Below, piece by piece: positions 54,969 through 64,000 of a stretch of DNA of 64,000 nt. Location: NCBI GenBank assembly GCA_003136415.1, contig PLEI01000106.1, positions 7,446 to 71,445 of the forward strand, given 5' to 3'. This DNA is from Acidimicrobiaceae bacterium. Its GTDB lineage: Bacteria > Actinomycetota > Acidimicrobiia > Acidimicrobiales > RAAP-2. The position numbers and the translations under genes were made by a program. The number at the start of each line of letters is the position of its first letter. The stretch's first letter is position 1. The notes beneath the pieces were generated by a model that saw only the letters and a list, made by a program, of their open reading frames with translations, had not been told where the DNA came from and did no database searches.

Positions 54969-57582
54969 TCAGTCCGACCAGCGGCCATTGGTGCTGTTGG
55001 ACGGTATGTCACTGGCTTTTCGCGCCTTCTTCGCGCTGTCCACCGACATCGCCACTTCCGAGGGGCTCGTCACCAACGCCCTTCACGGTTTCGCATCGAT
55101 GCTGCACTCGCTCGTGCGCTCCCAAGAACCCCGAGCCCTGGCGGTCGCGTTCGACCTGCCCGGGGGCACCTTTCGCGATGCGATGTCCGAGGACTACAAG
55201 GGTGGCCGGGCGGAAACCCCACCCGAAATTGAACACCAGTTTGACCTGATTCGCACGCTGTGCGAGGCGCTGCACATCCCGGTTCTCGGCGTTCCCCAGT
55301 TCGAAGCCGACGACGTTCTGGCGACGCTGGCCACGTGGGGGCGCGACGCGCAGATTCCCGTCGTCGTCGTCACCGGGGACCGTGACGCCTTTCAACTCAT
55401 CGAGGACCCCTACGTGCGCGTGCTCTACAACCGCCGCGGCGTCTCGGACTACTCGCTCTACGACGAAGCCGGTATCTTCGAGCGCTGCGGCGTCGAACCC
55501 GCGCGCTACGGGCTGTTGGCTGCACTTCGCGGGGACTCCTCGGACAATCTGCCCGGGGTTCCCGGAGTGGGCGAGAAGACGGCCGCCAAACTTTTGGCGA
55601 CCTATTCCGATTTCGACGATCTCTTTAGTCACCTCGACGACCTCACGCCGAAACTGCGTGAGAATCTTGGCACGTACGAACAGCGGGCACGCCAGAACGA
55701 GAAGGTGATGCACCTGGTGCGCGACGTGCCCCTGGACTTCTCCCTCGAGAGCCTGACGCTCGGCGGCTGGGACCGCGCCGCGGTCGCGGCATTCTTCGAG
55801 CGCTTCGAAATGAATTCAATGCGCACGCGATTTGAGAAGCTCATGGCCGACGGGCTGCTCGGCGCGCCGCGAACAGGTGCCAGCGCGCCGACGCCCGCGA
55901 GCGCGCCGGTCCCCACGCCAGCCTCGTCGCGCGCGGCGTCGCTGGTCGACGTCGTCGAGAGCGCCACCGCGTTGACGGTGCTGCGCCGAGCTAGCCGCGT
56001 GGCCGTACTGGACGAGACGGGCGGGGTGGGCGCGGTGGGCGATCTGGAAGAGTTTCTGGGTGTCGTGGGTGAACGTCCGCTGTCGGGCCACGACATCAAG
56101 GAGCTCTATCGCGCCGCCTTCGAGCGCGACATCACGCTCGCTGGACCGGCCGACGATACCGCGATCATGGCATTTCTGGTCGACGCCACGAGCGGCCGCT
56201 ACGACCTGACCGACGTGGCGCAGCGCTTTCTGGGCGAGGTGCTCGGGACCGCCACCCCGTCACTCTTCGACGAGAACGCCGATGACGACGCACTCTTTCA
56301 CCACGTGGCTGTGGTGGCGCGACTGCGTGGTGCGCTGCGAAGCGAGATCGAGCGTTGGGAACTCGATTTCGTCTACTCGACGATTGAACTGCCACTCGTG
56401 GCGGTGCTCGGACGTATGGAAGCCAGGGGAGTGCGCGTCGACGTGTCGATGCTCAAGACCATTGCCGCGGAGTTCACCGAAGAGGCCCAACGTCTGGACC
56501 GCGAGATCCAGCTGGTCGCTGGTCACGAGTTCAAGGTGAATTCACCCCAGCAACTCCAGACGGTGCTGTTCTCGGAGTTGGGGCTCACGCCGGGTAAGAA
56601 GATCAAGACTGGTTTCTCCACCGACGCCACCACGCTCGAGGCCATCGCCGACGAGCACCGGATCGTGCCGCTTATTCTTCGTTTCCGCGAGGTGGAAAAA
56701 CTGCGCAGTACGTACGGCGCGCCCCTGATTGACGCGGTGGGGCCCGACGGGCGCATTCACGCCCAGTTCCACCAGACGGTGGCCCGCACCGGACGGCTCT
56801 CCTCGGAGAATCCCAATCTGCACAACATCCCGGTACGTTCGGCCGAAGGACGGCGTTTGCGCTTTGCTTTCTTGCCAACTGAAGGTTGGTCCCTCGCCGT
56901 CGCCGACTACAACCAGATCGAATTGCGTATCCTCGCGCACCTGTCCCAGGACTCGGGCCTCCTCGCGGCCTTCGCCAGCCACGAGGACGTCCACCGCACG
57001 ATCGCCGCTTCGGTCTTTGGCGTCGCGCCGGCCGAGATTACCCCCGAGCAGCGCGAACAGGCCAAGGCCGTCTCCTACGGACTGGCCTACGGCATGGAGG
57101 CCTTCGGTCTCTCACAGCGCCTCGGCGTGCCCGTCAGCGCCGCCAAGGAGATCATGGAAAAGTATTTCGCCGGATTTCCGACGCTGCGGCGCTACATGGA
57201 CGACACCGTCAAGGAGGTCAGGGCCAAGGGCTATTCACGCACCGAGTTCGGCCGCATCCGGCCATTTCCCGACCTCGCCACGGCGACCGGTCCCCAGCGC
57301 GCGGCGGCCGAACGTCAAGCCAAGAACGCCGCAATTCAGGGCCTGGCCGCCGACATCTTCAAGTCCGCGCTCGTGCGACTCGATCACCGACTCACCGACG
57401 AAGGCCTCCAGGCTCGCCTCATATTGCAGGTGCACGACGAGGTGCTGGTCGAGGCGCCGCCCGAGGAGACGCAACGAGTGCAGACCGCAATTCTTGAGGC
57501 GTTGACCGAGGTCGCCAATCTGAGCGTGCCACTCGAAGTGTCCCTGCACTGGGGCGATTCCTGGGCCGCCGCCAAGGGCTAG
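54961..57582 (+). CDS. polA: DNA polymerase I
   Basis: 873 aa with a TTG start overlapping the pdtaR stop. It has a 5' nuclease domain (LLDGMSLAFRAFFAL). Pol A motifs are DYNQIELRILAH, RRLRFAFLP-region, AKAVSYGLAYG and QVHDEV. Confidence 0.95.
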   Translation: MANQSDQRPLVLLDGMSLAFRAFFALSTDIATSEGLVTNALHGFASMLHSLVRSQEPRALAVAFDLPGGTFRDAMSEDYKGGRAETPPEIEHQFDLIRTLCEALHIPVLGVPQFEADDVLATLATWGRDAQIPVVVVTGDRDAFQLIEDPYVRVLYNRRGVSDYSLYDEAGIFERCGVEPARYGLLAALRGDSSDNLPGVPGVGEKTAAKLLATYSDFDDLFSHLDDLTPKLRENLGTYEQRARQNEKVMHLVRDVPLDFSLESLTLGGWDRAAVAAFFERFEMNSMRTRFEKLMADGLLGAPRTGASAPTPASAPVPTPASSRAASLVDVVESATALTVLRRASRVAVLDETGGVGAVGDLEEFLGVVGERPLSGHDIKELYRAAFERDITLAGPADDTAIMAFLVDATSGRYDLTDVAQRFLGEVLGTATPSLFDENADDDALFHHVAVVARLRGALRSEIERWELDFVYSTIELPLVAVLGRMEARGVRVDVSMLKTIAAEFTEEAQRLDREIQLVAGHEFKVNSPQQLQTVLFSELGLTPGKKIKTGFSTDATTLEAIADEHRIVPLILRFREVEKLRSTYGAPLIDAVGPDGRIHAQFHQTVARTGRLSSENPNLHNIPVRSAEGRRLRFAFLPTEGWSLAVADYNQIELRILAHLSQDSGLLAAFASHEDVHRTIAASVFGVAPAEITPEQREQAKAVSYGLAYGMEAFGLSQRLGVPVSAAKEIMEKYFAGFPTLRRYMDDTVKEVRAKGYSRTEFGRIRPFPDLATATGPQRAAAERQAKNAAIQGLAADIFKSALVRLDHRLTDEGLQARLILQVHDEVLVEAPPEETQRVQTAILEALTEVANLSVPLEVSLHWGDSWAAAKG

Positions 57583-57676
57583 GGGCCCTCTGATACAGTG
57601 GAAACCTGGGTTTACACCGGCGACCCAGCCCTGATTGTCTAGTTGGCCCCGGTGTGGTCGCTCGAAAGTAGTTCGA

Positions 57677-59044
57677 ATGTCGGACGGCACTAGCCTCCTT
57701 TCCCCCGTAGAGATGGGAACCTTCGACGCCGAGGGAAATTACATTCCCCGCGTCATTACCGAAGACAACATGGTCGGCACGGACCTTACCGATTTGGTGG
57801 GTAATTCCGTCCTCGAATTCGAGGACGGTGACCTCGTCACCGGCACCGTGGTCAAGATCGACCACGACGAAGTCCTCTTGGACATCGGCTTCAAGTCCGA
57901 AGGCGTGATTCCCGCTCGCGAACTGTCCATCCGCAACGACGTCGACCCCTCGGAGATTGTCTCCCTGGGCGAGAAGGTCGAATGCCTGGTGCTGCAGAAG
58001 GAAGACAAGGAGGGCCGTCTGGTCCTCTCGAAGAAGCGCGCCCAGTACGAGAAGGCGTGGGCCAACATCGAAGAGCTCAAGAATCGCGACGAGATGGTCA
58101 AGGGCGTGGTGATCGAAGTAGTCAAGGGTGGTCTCATCGTCGACATTGGTCTGCGCGGCTTCTTGCCCGCCTCGTTGGTGGAATTGCGCCGCGTGCGCGA
58201 GTTGCAGCCCTACATCGGCAAGACGGTCGAGGCCAAGATCATCGAACTCGACCGCAACCGCAACAACGTGGTGCTCTCGCGTCGCGCCTGGCTCGAAGAG
58301 ACCCAGAAGGAGCAGCGCGGCGACTTCCTCAACAACCTCAAGCCGGGCGAGCGCCGTCACGGTGTCATCTCCTCCGTCGTCAACTTCGGTGCCTTCGTGG
58401 ACCTGGGCGGCATGGACGGCCTCATCCACGTGTCCGAACTCAGCTGGAAGCACATCGACCACCCGAGTCAGGTCGTGGCCGTGGGCGACGAAGTCGACGT
58501 CGAAGTTCTCGACGTCGACTTTTCCAAGGAGCGCATCTCTCTGTCGCTCAAGGCAACCCAGTCCGACCCGTGGCAGGTCTTCGCAGACGGCCACGCGGTT
58601 GACCAACTGGTGTACGGCCGCGTGACCAAGATGGTGCCCTTCGGCGCCTTCGTTCAGGTCGGCGACGGCATCGAGGGTCTAGTGCACATCTCGGAGATGG
58701 CCGCCCACCACGTCGAATCTCCCGATCAGGTCGTCACGGCCGGCGAAGAACTCTGGGTCAAGATCATCGAACTCGACACCGCGCGCCGTCGCATCTCGCT
58801 ATCGATTAAGCAAGCCGCAGAGGGCGGAGAGGTCTCCGAGGAGTACCGCGAAGCCTTCGGTAGCCACGCCTACGACACGGAGGGTAACTACATTGGTGGC
58901 TTCGAATACGGCGAGTTCACACCCGAGACTGAAGCGCAGGCCGCCTGGGCCGAGTACGCCACTGACACCGTCGCCAAAACGCCCGATGAGGGCGACGTCG
59001 AGACGGTCGAAGTGGCCGAGGTTGTCGAAGAATCGGCCAACTAG
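57677..59044 (+). CDS. rpsA: 30S ribosomal protein S1
   Basis: Trimmed to ATG 57677. It contains four S1 repeats (GTVVKIDHDEVLLDIGFKSEGVIP, GVVIEVVKGGLIVDIG, GVISSVVNFGAFVDLG, GRVTKMVPFGAFVQVG). Confidence 0.95.
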   Translation: MSDGTSLLSPVEMGTFDAEGNYIPRVITEDNMVGTDLTDLVGNSVLEFEDGDLVTGTVVKIDHDEVLLDIGFKSEGVIPARELSIRNDVDPSEIVSLGEKVECLVLQKEDKEGRLVLSKKRAQYEKAWANIEELKNRDEMVKGVVIEVVKGGLIVDIGLRGFLPASLVELRRVRELQPYIGKTVEAKIIELDRNRNNVVLSRRAWLEETQKEQRGDFLNNLKPGERRHGVISSVVNFGAFVDLGGMDGLIHVSELSWKHIDHPSQVVAVGDEVDVEVLDVDFSKERISLSLKATQSDPWQVFADGHAVDQLVYGRVTKMVPFGAFVQVGDGIEGLVHISEMAAHHVESPDQVVTAGEELWVKIIELDTARRRISLSIKQAAEGGEVSEEYREAFGSHAYDTEGNYIGGFEYGEFTPETEAQAAWAEYATDTVAKTPDEGDVETVEVAEVVEESAN

Positions 59045-59062
59045 TCCACGATTCACGTCGCG

Positions 59063-59105
59063 AACCCGCCGAGTCCCCAACGATTCGGCGGGTTTCGTCG
59101 TTTCT
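59063..59105 (+). terminator. Intrinsic terminator after rpsA
   Basis: A 10-bp stem pairs AACCCGCCGA (59063-59072) with TCGGCGGGTT (59085-59094). The loop is 12 nt, followed by the T-rich TCGTCGTTTCT. Confidence 0.75.
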
Positions 59106-59125
59106 CGACGCGCCGGAGTGCCTTC

Positions 59126-59752
59126 GTGTCACAGGTGACTCGGTACCGTGGTGAGGTGAAGCGGATTGCACTGGCCGGAGGAATCGGGGCGGGAAAGTCG
59201 ACGGTGGTTGACTACCTACGCGCCCTGGAGTATCTGGCCATCGACGCCGACGAGGTCTACCGCGACCTGAGCGCAACCGGTCAGCCGCTGGTGTCGACCC
59301 TCGTTGACGCCTTCGGACGGGCCATCCTCACCCCCGAAGGAGAGCTTGATCGTCCCTTCGTGGCGTCCGTGGTCTTTTCCGACCCGACGGCGCTCATTCG
59401 GCTGAACGCCATCACCCACGGCCCCATCGGCCGCGAGATGCGCCGACAGATGGACGCCGCCGACGCGAAGGTGGTCTTCGTCGCAATTCCCCTCTTTCGC
59501 GACGAACACCGCGCGCAACTCGGGATCGATGAGATGTGGTCGGTGCAGGTGAACCCCGAGGTGGCGGTGGAGCGACTGGTTCAACAACGCGGCATGTCCG
59601 AGAACTCGGCCCGGGCGAGGATCGACAATCAAGTCAGCAACGCCGAACGCGAAGCAATGGCCGACGAGGTCATTTGGAACAATACCGACCGCGACGCCCT
59701 GCGATCACGGATTGATGAGCTCTTGCGTGAGCGGGGTCTCGATGGCTACTGA
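59126..59752 (+). CDS. coaE: Dephospho-CoA kinase
   Basis: The P-loop reads IALAGGIGAGKSTV. The start is uncertain (GTG 59126, 59135 or 59156). Confidence 0.85.
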   Translation: MSQVTRYRGEVKRIALAGGIGAGKSTVVDYLRALEYLAIDADEVYRDLSATGQPLVSTLVDAFGRAILTPEGELDRPFVASVVFSDPTALIRLNAITHGPIGREMRRQMDAADAKVVFVAIPLFRDEHRAQLGIDEMWSVQVNPEVAVERLVQQRGMSENSARARIDNQVSNAEREAMADEVIWNNTDRDALRSRIDELLRERGLDGY

Positions 59753-61763
59753 GTTCCTCGTCGAGTCACCCTTTCGCCCCTCGGGCGACCAGCCCCTCGC
59801 CATCGCGACCCTCGCCCAGGGCGTTAACGATGGCCTGCGCTACCAAACTCTCGAAGGCATCACCGGCAGTGGCAAGACCGCGACGATTGCCTGGCTAGTC
59901 GAGCAGGTGCAACGCCCGACACTGATCCTGGAGCCCAACAAATCCTTGGCGGCCCAGTTGGCGTCGGAGCTCAAGGAGATGTTGCCGTCGAATCGCGTCG
60001 AGTTCTTCGTCTCCTACTACGACTACTACCAACCCGAGGCGTACATCCCTCGCACCGACACCTTCATTGAAAAGGACAGCGCGGTCAATGAGGAGATTGA
60101 CCGGTTGCGCCATTCGGCGACCTCCTCGCTGCTGACTCACCGCGACACCATCGTCGTGGCGTCGGTCTCGTGCATCTACGGCCTGGGATCGCCACTGGAA
60201 TACCGCGACCGCATGTTGCGACTCGAGGTCGGTGCCGTGCACGACCAGCGCGTGCTGTTGCGGCGACTCGTCGAGATGCAGTACAGCCGCAATGACGTGG
60301 TCATCGATCGCGGAACGTTCCGTCTCAAGGGCGACACCCTCGAGTTGCAGCCCGCCTATTCGAACGAAGCAGTGCGCGTCTCGTTCTTCGGCGACGAGAT
60401 CGACGAGATCTCGTTCTTCAACCCCGTCACTCAAGAGCGTCGCGGCAAGGTCGACGACGTCACGCTCTTCGCCGCCTCGCATTACGCCACGAGTTCCGAA
60501 ACGCTGCAGCGCGCCTGTCGCAGCATCGAAGAGGAGTTGGGCCAACAACTGAATATCTTCGAGAAGGAGGGCAAACTCCTCGAAGCGCAGCGACTGCGTT
60601 CACGCACCGAGCACGATCTCGAAATGCTCGAGCAGACCGGAATCTGCGCGGGCATCGAGAATTATTCGGCGCATCTCGATGGTCGAAGCCGCGGCGAACG
60701 GCCCTTCACCTTGCTCGATTATTTCCCCGACGACATGCTGATCGTCATTGACGAGTCCCACGTGGCAGTGCCGCAGATTCGCGGCCAGTACGCCGGCGAT
60801 CGCTCGCGCAAGGAAACATTGGTGGAACACGGGTTTCGCCTGCCGAGCGCCATGGACAACCGACCACTGAACTTCGATGAGTTCATGGAGATCGTCCCCC
60901 AGATCGTTTTCGTCTCGGCGACCCCCGGTCCCTACGAGACCCAAGTGTCGGACCAGATCGCCGAGCAGGTAATCCGGCCCACCGGACTGCTCGACCCGGT
61001 CATCACCGTGGTGCCGACGAAGAATCAGATTGACGATCTGCGAGTGCGCATGGACGCCGTCATTGCGCGCAAAGAGCGAGTTTTGATTACCACCTTGACG
61101 AAGCGAATGTCGGAAGACCTCACGAATTTCCTCGTGAAGGCGGGCTATCGGGTGCAGTACCTGCATAGTGACATCGACACCGTGCAGCGCATCGAGATCC
61201 TGCGCTCCCTGCGCCTGGGTGAATTCGACATCCTCGTCGGCATCAACCTGCTGCGCGAAGGTCTCGACCTGCCCGAGGTCTCTCTGGTGGCGATCCTCGA
61301 CGCCGACAAGGAGGGTTTCCTGCGATCGAGGTCGGCCCTCATCCAGACCATCGGACGCGCCGCGCGTAACGCCAACGGCGAGGCAGTGCTCTACGCCGAC
61401 CGCATCACCGATTCGATGCGCGCAGCCATCTCGACCACTGAACGACGCCGTCTCATGCAGATCGAGTACAACGAGGAGCACGGCATCACCCCCATCAGCA
61501 TCACGAAGAACGTGGCCGACATTCTGGGTCGGCTCCGCTCGGAGAACGCGCCCGAACCCACCAACAAGGTGCACGGCATCTCGTCGCTCGAAACCATCGC
61601 ATCCGATGACCTGAACTTGGAGATTGCCCGGGTGGAGGACGCGATGCTCGCCGCCGCCGCGGAACTGCGATTCGAGGAGGCCGCGGCATTGCGAGATTAC
61701 CTGCATACACTGCAAATCCAGGGACTCGGTGAGGACCTTCGCCGATTAGAACTCGACGCTTAG
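59742..61763 (+). CDS. uvrB: Excinuclease ABC subunit B
   Basis: ATG 59742 gives an 11-nt overlap with coaE. Motifs are GDQPLAI, GSGKTAT, DESHV, LREGLDLPEVSLVAILDADKEGFLRS and a C-terminal UVR domain. Confidence 0.95.
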   Translation: MATEFLVESPFRPSGDQPLAIATLAQGVNDGLRYQTLEGITGSGKTATIAWLVEQVQRPTLILEPNKSLAAQLASELKEMLPSNRVEFFVSYYDYYQPEAYIPRTDTFIEKDSAVNEEIDRLRHSATSSLLTHRDTIVVASVSCIYGLGSPLEYRDRMLRLEVGAVHDQRVLLRRLVEMQYSRNDVVIDRGTFRLKGDTLELQPAYSNEAVRVSFFGDEIDEISFFNPVTQERRGKVDDVTLFAASHYATSSETLQRACRSIEEELGQQLNIFEKEGKLLEAQRLRSRTEHDLEMLEQTGICAGIENYSAHLDGRSRGERPFTLLDYFPDDMLIVIDESHVAVPQIRGQYAGDRSRKETLVEHGFRLPSAMDNRPLNFDEFMEIVPQIVFVSATPGPYETQVSDQIAEQVIRPTGLLDPVITVVPTKNQIDDLRVRMDAVIARKERVLITTLTKRMSEDLTNFLVKAGYRVQYLHSDIDTVQRIEILRSLRLGEFDILVGINLLREGLDLPEVSLVAILDADKEGFLRSRSALIQTIGRAARNANGEAVLYADRITDSMRAAISTTERRRLMQIEYNEEHGITPISITKNVADILGRLRSENAPEPTNKVHGISSLETIASDDLNLEIARVEDAMLAAAAELRFEEAAALRDYLHTLQIQGLGEDLRRLELDA

Positions 61764-61767
61764 GCAT

Positions 61768-61773
61768 TAGATT
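61768..61773 (+). promoter_or_regulatory. Putative -10 (TAGATT) giving leaderless uvrA
   Basis: The sequence reads TAGATT-cacagc-ATG(61780), inside the 16-nt uvrB-uvrA spacer. Confidence 0.4.
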
Positions 61774-61779
61774 CACAGC

Positions 61780-64000
61780 ATGGCGTCGACGATTCGTGTA
61801 CAGGGCGCTCGCGTTCACAACCTCAAAAACCTCTCGGTCGAGATACCTCGGGACCAGTTGGTCGTCTTCACCGGGCTGTCGGGATCAGGGAAATCATCCT
61901 TGGCCTTCGACACTATCTACGCCGAAGGCCAGCGACGCTACGTCGAGAGTCTCTCGGCCTACGCCCGACAATTTCTTGGTCAGATGGATAAACCCGACGT
62001 CGAGTTCATCGAGGGCCTCTCACCAGCGATTTCCATCGACCAGAAGACCGCGTCACGTAATCCACGTTCAACGGTGGGCACCATCACCGAGATTCATGAT
62101 TACCTGCGTCTGCTCTTCGCGCGCATCGGCGTGCCCCACTGCCACGTCTGTGGACGTCTGGTCACCCGACAAACGCCACAGCAAATAGTCGATCTCGTGC
62201 TGGCCCGCGAGGATGCCGGCCGATTCCTGGTTCTTGCGACGGTGGTCGAGGGCCGCAAGGGCGAGTACTCGACTCTGCTGAACGAGCTCGCCGCTCAAGG
62301 TTTCAGTCGAGTCCGCGTGGACGGCACCGTGCACGAACTCAGCGACCGCGAAGAGATAACTCTCGCGCGTTACGAACAGCACACCATCGACGTCGTGCTC
62401 GACCGCCTGACCGTCAAGAGCGCGAGCCGCCAGCGACTGACCGAGTCGGTGGAAGCGGCCTTGAAACTCACCAAGGGTCTGGTCTCGTTCCTCTTCGTGG
62501 AGTCCGATGAGTTGGTACAGTTCTCGGAGAAGATGGCCTGCACCAACTGCGGCATCAGTTTCACGGAGTTGGCCCCGCGCGACTTCTCCTTCAATTCACC
62601 CTACGGTGCGTGCCCGACCTGCACCGGACTCGGCACGCGATTTGAGGTCGACCCCGACCTCGTGGTGCCCGACCCGACGCTGTCCCTCGCCGACGGCGCG
62701 CTGGCGCCGTGGGGGGGAGCGCGCTTCAAGTACTTCGACCGTCTCATCGCCGGCATCGCCGACCTGGGCGGCTTCGACATCAACACCCCCTGGTCCAAAC
62801 TCAAGGCCAAGGACCGCAAGCTGATCCTGCACGGAGTCGACAAGAAATCCGTCCCGGTCAAGTTCCGCAACCGCTACGGGCGCGTGCGCACCTACGAGAC
62901 GACCTTCAACGGGATCGTCGAATGGCTGGAGCGCAAGCGCAATGAGGCCGACGGCGACTGGTCGCGCGAGCAGGCCGAGCAGTACATGCGCGAGGTCGAG
63001 TGCACCTCCTGTCACGGGCAACGACTCAAGCCCGAGGTGCTGGCCGTGAAGATCCACGCCCACAACATCGCCGACGTCAACTCCATGACCATCGACGAAG
63101 CCATCGCGCTCTTCTCCACACTCGAACTCACCGAGCGCGAGACCACCATTGGTCGCCAGGTGATCAAGGAGATCGTCGCGCGCCTCACCTTCTTGATGGA
63201 CGTCGGACTCGACTACCTCACCCTTAGTCGGGCCTCCGCCACGCTCTCGGGCGGCGAAGCCCAGCGCATTCGCCTGGCCAGCCAGATCGGCAGCTACCTG
63301 GTGGGCGTGCTCTACGTGCTGGACGAGCCCTCGATCGGATTGCACCAGCGCGACAATCGGCGTCTGATCGCCACGCTCGAGCGCCTGCGCGACCTCGGCA
63401 ATTCCGTGATCGTGGTGGAGCACGACGAAGAGACGATTCGACTCGCTGACTTCATCGTCGACATCGGACCGGGCGCCGGAGAATTCGGTGGTGAGGTCGT
63501 TCACGCGGGAACTTACAAGGAACTGCTGGAGAACACCGAGTCGATCACTGGCCAGTACCTGTCGGGAGTGCGCGCCATCGAGATTCCGGCCACCCGGCGC
63601 CCGGGAGATGGAAATCACCTAGTCATCAAGGGCGCGCGGGCCAACAACCTGCGCGACATCACGGTCAAAGTCCCGTTGGGGCAATTCGTAGCGGTCACCG
63701 GGGTCTCGGGTTCGGGCAAATCGACACTGATCAACGGCATCTTGCTCGCCTCCCTCGAGCGACAGATCAACCGCGCCAAGACCACGGCAGCGGAACACGA
63801 CACCATCACCGGCGTGAAGTTCCTCGACAAGGTCGTGGCCGTCGATCAGCAGCCCATCGGGCGCACGCCACGGTCCAACGCCGCCACCTACACCGGCGTC
63901 TTTGACAAGGTGCGCAAACTTTTCGCGGAGGTCTCCGAAGCCAAGGTGCGCGGGTATCAGCAGGGTCGTTTCTCCTTCAACGTCAAGGGCGGGCGCTGCG
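61780..64000 (+). CDS. uvrA: Excinuclease ABC subunit A (3' end beyond the window)
   Basis: This gene is not in the ORF track because no stop lies in the window. My own translation from ATG 61780 gives [69 protein letters not shown].... The frame is still open and in phase at 63961 ([13 protein letters not shown]). Confidence 0.95.
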   Translation, partial: MASTIRVQGARVHNLKNLSVEIPRDQLVVFTGLSGSGKSSLAFDTIYAEGQRRYVESLSAYARQFLGQMDKPDVEFIEGLSPAISIDQKTASRNPRSTVGTITEIHDYLRLLFARIGVPHCHVCGRLVTRQTPQQIVDLVLAREDAGRFLVLATVVEGRKGEYSTLLNELAAQGFSRVRVDGTVHELSDREEITLARYEQHTIDVVLDRLTVKSASRQRLTESVEAALKLTKGLVSFLFVESDELVQFSEKMACTNCGISFTELAPRDFSFNSPYGACPTCTGLGTRFEVDPDLVVPDPTLSLADGALAPWGGARFKYFDRLIAGIADLGGFDINTPWSKLKAKDRKLILHGVDKKSVPVKFRNRYGRVRTYETTFNGIVEWLERKRNEADGDWSREQAEQYMREVECTSCHGQRLKPEVLAVKIHAHNIADVNSMTIDEAIALFSTLELTERETTIGRQVIKEIVARLTFLMDVGLDYLTLSRASATLSGGEAQRIRLASQIGSYLVGVLYVLDEPSIGLHQRDNRRLIATLERLRDLGNSVIVVEHDEETIRLADFIVDIGPGAGEFGGEVVHAGTYKELLENTESITGQYLSGVRAIEIPATRRPGDGNHLVIKGARANNLRDITVKVPLGQFVAVTGVSGSGKSTLINGILLASLERQINRAKTTAAEHDTITGVKFLDKVVAVDQQPIGRTPRSNAATYTGVFDKVRKLFAEVSEAKVRGYQQGRFSFNVKGGRC

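Noticed and set aside
57662-57676. TCGAAAGTAGTTCGA just upstream of the rpsA ATG, which resembles a LexA box
   Set aside because: The spacing is 3 nt instead of 4 and there is a mismatch in the GAAC half-site. rpsA is not an expected SOS gene.
57419-58606. 395-aa minus-strand ORF antisense to rpsA. Similar long antisense ORFs occur elsewhere: 62596-63618 opposite uvrA, 40968-41930 opposite ppk, 49349-50212 opposite fabF, 22609-23649 opposite secD, 27464-28300 opposite hisS, 34324-35220 opposite alaS/ruvX and 60600-61715 opposite uvrB.
   Set aside because: All lie opposite genes with unambiguous conserved motifs. They have Arg/Asp/Gly/His-biased low-complexity translations and lack promoter or SD context. 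I interpret them as GC-driven shadow ORFs, not overlapping genes.

Overview
GC-rich, very compact actinobacterial chromosomal core region. The gene content is housekeeping. Gene order resembles a compressed version of the Mycobacterium tuberculosis thrS-to-aroE and pdtaR-polA-rpsA-coaE-uvrB-uvrA neighbourhoods; this comparison is from memory, not from a search. In window order: a GT-C membrane glycosyltransferase, nnr, a LytR_C protein, a secreted protein with five repeats, a YczE-like/LysE membrane pair, an ABC exporter, fabI, and an F420-dependent NADP reductase coupled to mshC. Next come thrS-HIT-pgsA-patA-pimA (the phosphatidylinositol mannoside cluster), an M48-like membrane protein, pdxST, yebC, ruvCAB, yajC-secDF, relA, hisS, aspS, rarA and alaS-ruvX-mltG-aroE. 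This is followed by a SEDS gene, a bifunctional-nuclease-family gene and a second, convergent SEDS gene. Then ppk, a flippase-like protein divergent from ppm1, a MaoC-menG-menF operon, a VIT transporter, mshD, ygfZ and a TrpF-like protein. The window ends with a FAS-II operon (fabD-fabG-acpP-fabF) headed by tRNA-Leu(CAA), a menC-like enolase, a coiled-coil protein coupled to pdtaR, polA, rpsA, coaE, uvrB and a 3'-truncated uvrA. I found no rRNA, CRISPR array, transposase, integrase, prophage or recognisable defence island, and I cannot point to a clear novel multi-gene system. The most interesting signals are architectural: (1) a -10 hexamer (TANNNT) 5-8 nt upstream of about 15 start codons, implying widespread leaderless mRNAs; (2) a perfect LexA box on the ruvC start; (3) a leaderless 12-codon uORF whose stop overlaps the ppk start; (4) six of seven convergent gene pairs overlap, three of them sharing a CTAG stop/stop tetranucleotide. 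Several degenerate or odd proteins are also worth a look: a TrpF-like protein without the catalytic residues, an M48-like protein with a broken HExxH motif, an SDR relic inside the FAS operon, and a LytR_C protein with no membrane anchor. All function calls come from reading the supplied translations against motifs I remember. No database search or computation was run.
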